Shown here in pieces: positions 39,106-45,958 of a stretch of 45,958 bases of DNA. The DNA comes from Chiloscyllium plagiosum. Taxonomy: Eukaryota. A program made the translations under genes and the position numbers. The DNA lies in NCBI RefSeq assembly GCF_004010195.1, contig NC_057718.1:41000023-41045980 (forward strand), in the 5' to 3' direction. The notes beneath the pieces were generated by a model. That model saw nothing but the letters and a program-made list of their open reading frames with translations. It did not search any database and was not told where the DNA came from. Position 1 is the stretch's first letter, and every line of letters begins with the position of its first letter.

Positions 39106-40463
39106 AGCATCGGCGCCACATCGTGCTCCCACGAGGAGGTTAAGCAGTTCATCAATTTCACCAACACATTCCACCCCAAACTTAAATTCACATGGACCAT
39201 CTCTGACACCTCCCTCCCCTCCCTAGACCCCTCCATCTCCATCAACGATGACCGACTCAACACCGACTGACTCCCACAGCTATCTGGATTACATCTCCAC
39301 CCACCCCACCTCCTGCAAAAATGCTATCCCGTATTCCCAAATCCTCCGCCTCCACCGTATCTGCTCCCAGGAGGACCAGTTCCACTGCAGAACACACCAG
39401 ATGGCCTCCTTCTTTAAATTTCCCCTCTGACATGGTTGAAGATGCCCTCCAACACATCTCACCCACATCCTGCACCTCTGCCGTCAAACCACAGCCCTCC
39501 AACCGCAACAAGGACAGAACCCCCCTGGTCCTCACCTTCCACCCCACCAACCTTCGCATAAACTGCATAATTTGTCGACATTTCCACCACCTACAAACGG
39601 ACCCCACCACCAGAGATATATTTCCCTCCCCACCCCTATCCACTTTATGCAAAGACTGTTCCCTCTGTGACTACCTGGTAAGGTCCACGCCCTCAAACAA
39701 CCCACCCTCCTTTCCTGGCACCTTCCCCTGCCATCGCAGGAATTGCAAAACCTGTGCCCACACCTCCTCCCTCACCTCCGTCCAAGGCCCCAAAAGAGCC
39801 TTCCACATCCATCAAAGTTTCACCTGCTCTTCCAACAAATATCATTTATTGTATCCGTTGCTCCTGATGCAGTCTTCTTTACATTGGGGAGACTGGATGC
39901 CTTCTCGCAGAGCTCTTCAGGGAACATCTCTGTGACACCCGCATCAATCAACCCCACCGTCCCATGGCCCAACATTTCAATTCCCCCTCCCACTCTGTTG
40001 AGGACATGCAGGTCCTGGGCCTCCTCCACTGCCACTCGATCACCACCTGACACCTGGAGGAAGAACGCCTCATCTTCCGCCTCGGAATACTTCAACCCCA
40101 GAGCATCATTGTGGACTTAACCAGTTTCCTCATTTCCCTTCCCCTCACCTTATCCCTGGTCCAAACTTGCAGCTCAGTATCATCCTCATGACCTGTCCCA
40201 ACTGTCAATCTTCCTTCCGCCCACCTATCTGCTCCACCCTCCTCTCTGACCTATCACCTTTACACCTTCCTCCATCCACCTATTGCACTCCCAGCTATCT
40301 TCTCTCCACCTCTGAGGCTTTCAGCCTCACTCCTGATGAAGGGCTCCTGCCCGAAATATCGATTTTCCTGCTCCTTGGATGCTGCCTGACCTGCTGTGCA
40401 TTTCCAGCACCACTCTAATCTTGACTCTAATCTCCAGCATCTGCAATCCTGACTTTTGCCTAG
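39106..40463 (+). mobile_element. Penelope-like element 3' half (right arm of inverted pair)
   Basis: FINFTNTFHP, PCHRRNCKTCAH, IIYCIRCS...LYIGETG (GIY-YIG); terminal repeat with hammerhead motif at 40333-40360. Confidence 0.93.
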
Positions 40464-41419
40464 TTGATTACATGCTAGAGGCCTGTGGTTAATGCTTGGT
40501 AACTTTTTTTCGCCTTGACTCTGACCCGATACATTAGTTTTCTCATTTCGCACTGACTACGTGCTCAATCAACCATTCATGTCTCAGACAGGGTCGAGCT
40601 GGCATCTTGCACAAAGCAACATCATCCAAGCTTAGAAACTGCATCAAGCATACAATAAGGTGGCCTTGCACTGCACCAGACATATCCCACTATTATTAGC
40701 ACTCTACTTGGGGGACATCTCTAGACATAACAATGCTCTACATGGTTCTCATAGATGTGAGAGGGAGGGGATCTTTACACATGCAACAAAGTAACTATGT
40801 TTTACACAGTTCAGATAAACCCTCACAAATCCACATGAAATTATCAACAAAGATCCACTGTTTGTTACCTGATAGGAACATGTTTGGTCATCCACCTGCC
40901 TCTTTAAAGTGTGATGCTCTTTTCACCGGGCTGAAAGTACACAAGAAAGCAGCAAAAGGACCAGTGTCAACATGATAAGAAACAGTTAATTTTGCCTGAA
41001 ATGGTTAAATAATCCAGATTCTACATAAGATAATTGTCGGAGTGAACAAACTGGACTCATTGAATGTTTGCTGGTAAAGAGATGGTTATCAGAAAAGCCA
41101 GGAATCAGCCGTGACCTCTTTGAACAGGTTCACTTGGCATAATGGCCTACTTCTACTCCTACACCTTGTGGTCCTATGGAGATGGGAATTTTAATTGTTA
41201 CATTTTTTTTGCTGGCAAACCAAACAGTTTGAAAAGAGGGAAGCCATTTTGAACCTTCTCACCTAAGCATAAGAAAATTGGGATCTTTGTCAACTTCCCA
41301 CTGACTAATGAAAGAATTGGAGCAGAGACGAAAAACTGTAAAAAGATTTGCTTCGCTTTTTAATATTAAAGGTGATGATATTTGATGTTTCTGCTGCAGT
41401 TAAATAGGAAGCATTAACA

Positions 41420-42500
41420 TATGAAAAATTAAAAAAGGTAGCTAAGCACTTAATACTGTGAATTCCTCCTGAAATTCATAAAACAAAAATCGCAAATTCA
41501 GTGCTGAAACACCTAGGGATGGAAATTGAGGACAGTGAAATGGAGAAATTAAAATTGGAGCAGTGGCAGTTGGAACTAGAAGTAAATGAAACAGGAAAAT
41601 GGGAAGTGGCAGGAATGGAGGAAAGAGCAGGATTTCTGTTGCATGAGATATTGGTTCTGCAATTGTTAATGTTAGAGCTATGTTAAGCTCTGTCCAGTCT
41701 GATGATGTGTTCTAGACATGATGAATCACAGAAGAGGAGTCAGTGAGAAGGCCGTGTGGGCTACACTTGGTGGAAGGGAGTGATCTGAGTTGGGATTTGG
41801 CTACTGAATGTTTGGGCCTCAAAGACTCAAGTAGTAAATTTCACATGAATATGCAAGGTATGGAAGGATAAGGATCAAGGGCAGGCAGAAAGGATTAGTT
41901 TCATTTAGCGCCATGTTCAGCACAACACTGTGGGCCAAAGGGGCCATCCCTGTGCTGTATTGTTCTATATTCTAAAGCTCCAATGAAAAGGTTTGAAAAT
42001 TTATTTAAGTGACATAAAATCCAGTTTGGAGGTTGCTATAATAAAATTGGAAGACATAACAGCAAAACAAATATTACTGCAGTTGCAAATAATGCCAGAA
42101 GTATCAGTTGCAAATTTTAAAAAAGGGGTTAATAGCTTTAATTTATATTGAAGTTGGACATATTGGAAATTAACTTAAATATCCTAAGTCCTCCACAGAA
42201 GGAAGTTAAGATCAATAAAGCATTTCAGATGCAAGACAAAAAGTTATTTTAAATTTAAGAACATAGTGTATGGTGGAAATAATGTGAATATTCCAAATTG
42301 TTAAGGAAAACAGAGCAAATCATTCCAAGAAGAAGGAAAAATGGCACAATGCAAAAGATACAAATAATGCAGGGCTTATCCATTTTTGTTCCTGTAAGTG
42401 GCAAGAGTATAATGAAATATTTTTTTCTGAAGCAACTAGGAGAATTTACAACTTTTGTAATGTTTAAAGAATTTTAAAAGCTTATTATTGCAGTACAGAA
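41420..42500 (+). mobile_element. Possible highly decayed Gypsy gag/SCAN-like remnant with a CR1 tail at ~41850-41975
   Basis: LKHLGMEIEDSEMEKLKLEQWQLELE coiled-coil-like stretch and weak downstream QIMPEV / EF(K) resemblance. Confidence 0.25.
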
Positions 42501-42687
42501 TTTTAAGAATCAACGGTTTTAAGAATGGAACTGCTTTACAAGAAAATATATTTCAGAACTGGATGCAGTAAATCACTCCAGAACAGCCAGTAAATACAAT
42601 TTAAAATTTTATTAGAAGTATTTGATACTTTTCAAAGTCTGGTAAACAGAAATCTGCAAATCTGTAAATCTAGAAATCTGTAAATCA

Positions 42688-42886
42688 AAAACTAAAACAG
42701 AAATTACTGGAAAAGCTCAGCAGGTTCGGTAGCATCTGTGGAGAGAAATCAGAGTTAACGTTTTGAGTTGTGTGATTCATCCTCAGACCGGAGGAAGGGT
42801 CAGTCGACTCGAAGTGTAAACTCTGATTTCTTTCAACAGATGCTGCCAGACCTGCTGAGCTTTACAAGCAATTTCTGTTTTTGTTT
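42688..42886. mobile_element. Palindromic Penelope terminal-repeat pair with two degenerate hammerhead motifs back to back
   Basis: aaacagaaattactggaaaagctcagcagg...cagagttaac / aactctgatttc...cctgctgagctttacaagcaatttctgttt; axis ~42788. Confidence 0.85.
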
Positions 42887-42924
42887 GTGAGTCATTTTTC
42901 TTTGTAGGTCAACTTTCTTCCCCA

Positions 42925-43054
42925 GGAGAAAGTGAGGTCTGCAGATGCTGGAGATCAGAGCTGAAAATGTGTTGCTGGAAAAGCGCAGCAGGTCAGGCAG
43001 CATCCAGGGAACAGGAGAATCGACGTTTCGGGCATAAGCCCTTCTTCAGGATGC
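42925..43054 (-). mobile_element. 130-bp solo Penelope terminal repeat with perfect 15-bp TSD
   Basis: caactttcttcccca at 42910-42924 and 43055-43069; CpGs retained. Confidence 0.9.
43015..43054 (-). ncRNA. Minimal type I hammerhead ribozyme motif
   Basis: AUC-CUGAAGA-A-GGGC-UUAU-GCCC-GAAAC-GUC^GAU: complete core, 4-bp stem II, palindromic ACGU stem III, 3-bp stem I. Confidence 0.8.
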
Positions 43055-43552
43055 CAACTTTCTTCCCCAACCAGTTTCAATACTGTATCCAGATATATTG
43101 CATCTCCCCTGTGGTTGGTTCAGGGTACTATTAAGTGGCATAGGCTAATTTTACTCATACTAACCCCATACTGATTTGGGCTCCTTATTGTGGGACTCAC
43201 AACAATGTTTTTAGAGCTGGGCCACACTCAATAAACATGAAGCAGCAGGAGGTTTGCCTTCTGTTTGGATCAGAAGTAATGTCCACCATGTTCATCATAC
43301 ATATGATCCTTACATCCATTTTCAGGCTTTAATGTATTTTGAACTTCTTTGGCTTTTGAATGACTTGTCTCATTAAGAAATTATTAATTTTGACTAGTCA
43401 GTATCCAACCTCTCTAAGCCAGTAAACTACAATCAATTACTGCAAATCCCTGACAATTGGGAATGAGCCAGAACTAACATTAACAATCAATATCTTTTAC
43501 TGAAATTGAGAATTCACTTTTTCAATTGTATTGCAATCACAGCTCAGATTGT

Positions 43553-44745
43553 AGAATCATAGAGTTCTACAGCATGGAAACAGACCCTTCGGTCCAACTC
43601 ATCCATGCTGGACAGATATCCTAAATTAATCTAATCCCATTTGCCAGTGTTTGGCCCAAATCCCTCTATACCCTCCCTGTTCATGTACTCATCCAGATGC
43701 CTTTTAAATGTTGTAATTGTATCAGCCTCTATCACTTCTGGCGGTCTATTCCATGCACACACCACCTTCTGCGTGAAAATATTTCCCCTTAGTTCCCTTT
43801 TAAATCTTTCCCCTCTCACCTTAAACCTATGCCCTCCAGTTATGAACTCCCCTACCCTGGGAAACATATCTTGGTTATTCACCCTATTCATGCCCCTCAT
43901 GATTTTATAAGATCACCCCTCAGCCTCTGGTGCTCCAGGTAAAATAGCCCTAGCCTTTTCGCTTCTCCCTATAGCTCAAACCCTACAACCTTGACAACAT
44001 CTTGTAAATATTTTCTGCACCCTTTCAAGCTTAACAACATTTTTCCTATAGCAGGGAGACCAGAATTGAATGTAGTAATCCAAAAGTGGCCTAACCAATA
44101 TCCTGTACAGCTGCAACATGACCTTCCAACTCCTATACCTCAATGCACTGATAAATAAATGCAAGTATACCAAATGCCTTCTTCACTACACTGTCTACCT
44201 GTGACTCTACTTTCAAGGAACTAGGAACCTGCACTCCAAGGTCTTTTTGTTCAGCAACACTCACCAGGACCCTAACATTAAGTGTATAAGTCCTGACCTG
44301 ATTTGCCTTAAAATTCATCACCTCACATCTATCTAAATTAAACTCTATTTTCCTCTCCTCAGTCCATCACCCATCTGATCAAGGTACTGTTGTGCTCTGA
44401 AATAATCTTCTTCATTGACAACTACACCACCAATTTTGGTATCATCTGCAAACTTACTGACTGTACCTCTTATGCTCACATCCAAATCATTTATGTCAAT
44501 GACAAAGAAGTAGAGGGCCCAGCACCAATCCTTGTGGCCATACCTCCTATCTTCACATTCAAATCATTTATATGAATGACAAAAAGCAGCGGGCCCAGCA
44601 CCGAATCCTTGTATCACAAGGCCTAATATCCGAGAAGACTTCCTTCCACCACCACCCTTTGTTTCTTAGCTTTAAACCAATTTTGTAATAAATTGGCTAG
44701 CTCTCCCATGTGATCTAACCTTGCTAACCATGCACTTGTCGAATT
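43553..44745 (-). mobile_element. CR1 LINE 3' half with short internal duplication
   Basis: QKDLGVQVPSSLKV, LYRILVRPLLDY, GHRFKVRGERFKRELRGNIF; caaatcatttat...gggcccagcacc repeated at ~44480 and ~44560. Confidence 0.92.
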
Positions 44746-45272
44746 GTCAGCTGCAATACTTCATTTTTGAATATTTTTAATCTTGTTCTTCTTTATTTGG
44801 GAATTAATTGTCTTCTATTAAAATTAATCCAATATGCTTCAGCATGCCTATTACCATTTTCTGTTTTCATCTCTTTCCGGCTCATTGCCACATTAGTGTT
44901 AGTTTCTGGTGAAGCTTTCCTTGTCTGTGCTCTTCACAGCACCCACTAATGAATTATCCTGAACTTCTTTAGCTCAAGGTAAACTATCATCAGGTTCCTC
45001 ATTATGTCTCCTTTCTGCATTCTTGGATCTACCTTGGAAGTAAAGTATAATCTGCAGGCATAGTGATGCATTTCCAAGCAAGATTCTCTTTGATATTTGA
45101 CTACTGACTGCATATTTAATAAGCAATAGTTAGTTCCTTTTCTGACCTTTACTAATCCATAGTCCTTCATTGAAAGCGTTTTTTAATCATATGTTTTAGG
45201 TGTATTTTTGCTCCATTACCAATAATGGGGGTCTATTTCCTCAACTTTAAAAGTCTTCCTGTCACTTAAATC

Positions 45273-45470
45273 AAGAATAAGAGGATAGAGCAGATGAATA
45301 CATGGCTGAGGAGCTGGTGTATGGGAGAAGGATTCACATTTTTGGATCATTGGAATCTCTTTTGGGGCAGAAGTGACCTGTACAAGAAGGACGGATTGCA
45401 CCTAAATTGGAAGGGGACTAATATACTGTCAGGGAAATTTGCTAGAACTGCTTGGGAGGATTTAAACTAG
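45273..45470 (+). mobile_element. CR1 ORF1 C-terminus (SGNH esterase domain), 5'-truncated
   Basis: KNKRIEQMNTWLRSWCMGEGFTFLDHWNLFWGRSDLYKKDGLHLNWKGTNILSGKFARTAWEDLN*, with a DGLH motif. Confidence 0.88.
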
Positions 45471-45958
45471 TAAGGTGGGAGGGTGAGACCCAGGGAGATT
45501 GTGAGGAAAGAGATCAATCTGAGATGGGTACAGCTGAGAACAGAAGTGAGTCAAACAGTCAGGGCAGGCAGGGACAAGGTAGGACTAATAAATTACGCTG
45601 CATTTCTTTCAATGCAAGGGGCCTAACAGGGAAGGCAGATGAACTCAGGGCATGGTTAGGAACATGGGACTGCGATATCATAGCAATTACAGAAACATGG
45701 CTCAGGGATGGGCAGGACTGGCAGCTTAGTGTTCCAGGATACAAATGCTACAGGAAGGATAGAAAGGGAGGCAAGAGAGGAGGGGGAGTGGCATTTTTGA
45801 TAAGGGATAGCATTACAGCTGTGCTGAGGGAGGATATTCCCGGAAATACATCCAGGGAAGTTATTTGGGTGGAACTGAGAAATAAGAAAGGGATAATAAC
45901 CTTATTGGGATTGTATTATAGACCCCCTAATAGTCAGAAGGAAATTGAGAAACAAACT
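45461..45958 (+). CDS. CR1 ORF2 N-terminus (APE endonuclease), open to the window edge and absent from the ORF track
   Basis: Stop-free frame: ...LRCISFNARGL...DIIAITETWL...YRKDR...GGGVAFLI...IWVEL...LGLYYRPP; first ATG at 45524. Confidence 0.85.

Noticed and set aside
41716..41790. C/D box snoRNA (ATGATGA...CTGA, ~70 nt)
   Set aside because: Only a 2-bp terminal stem and no recognisable rRNA or snRNA guide; such boxes arise by chance.

Overview
Repeat-dominated, AT-rich vertebrate genomic DNA, most likely from a shark or other elasmobranch (HE1/V-SINE, DeuSINE, CR1 and Penelope families typical of that group). I recognise no host protein-coding gene. Almost all listed ORFs are decayed CR1 or Penelope RT fragments, their antisense frames, or stop-free frames of a minisatellite. 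The main content is about 20 CR1 LINE fragments, Penelope-like elements (one long decayed copy, a 2.8-kb head-to-head inverted pair, many 110-200 bp terminal-repeat insertions), Rex1, L2 and Tx1/L1 3' ends, SINEs, and a ~4.1-kb 19-mer/16-mer tandem array. Highlights: (1) minimal hammerhead-ribozyme motifs in three Penelope terminal-repeat families, including an intact one in a 130-bp insertion with a perfect 15-bp target-site duplication (TSD), and one copy truncated exactly at the predicted cleavage site; (2) a T TTA AAC slippery heptamer at a CR1 ORF1/ORF2 junction with the -1 frame open; (3) a polarised minisatellite that may sit inside a Rex1-tailed element. Family names come from motif recognition by eye, not database searches, and boundaries are approximate.
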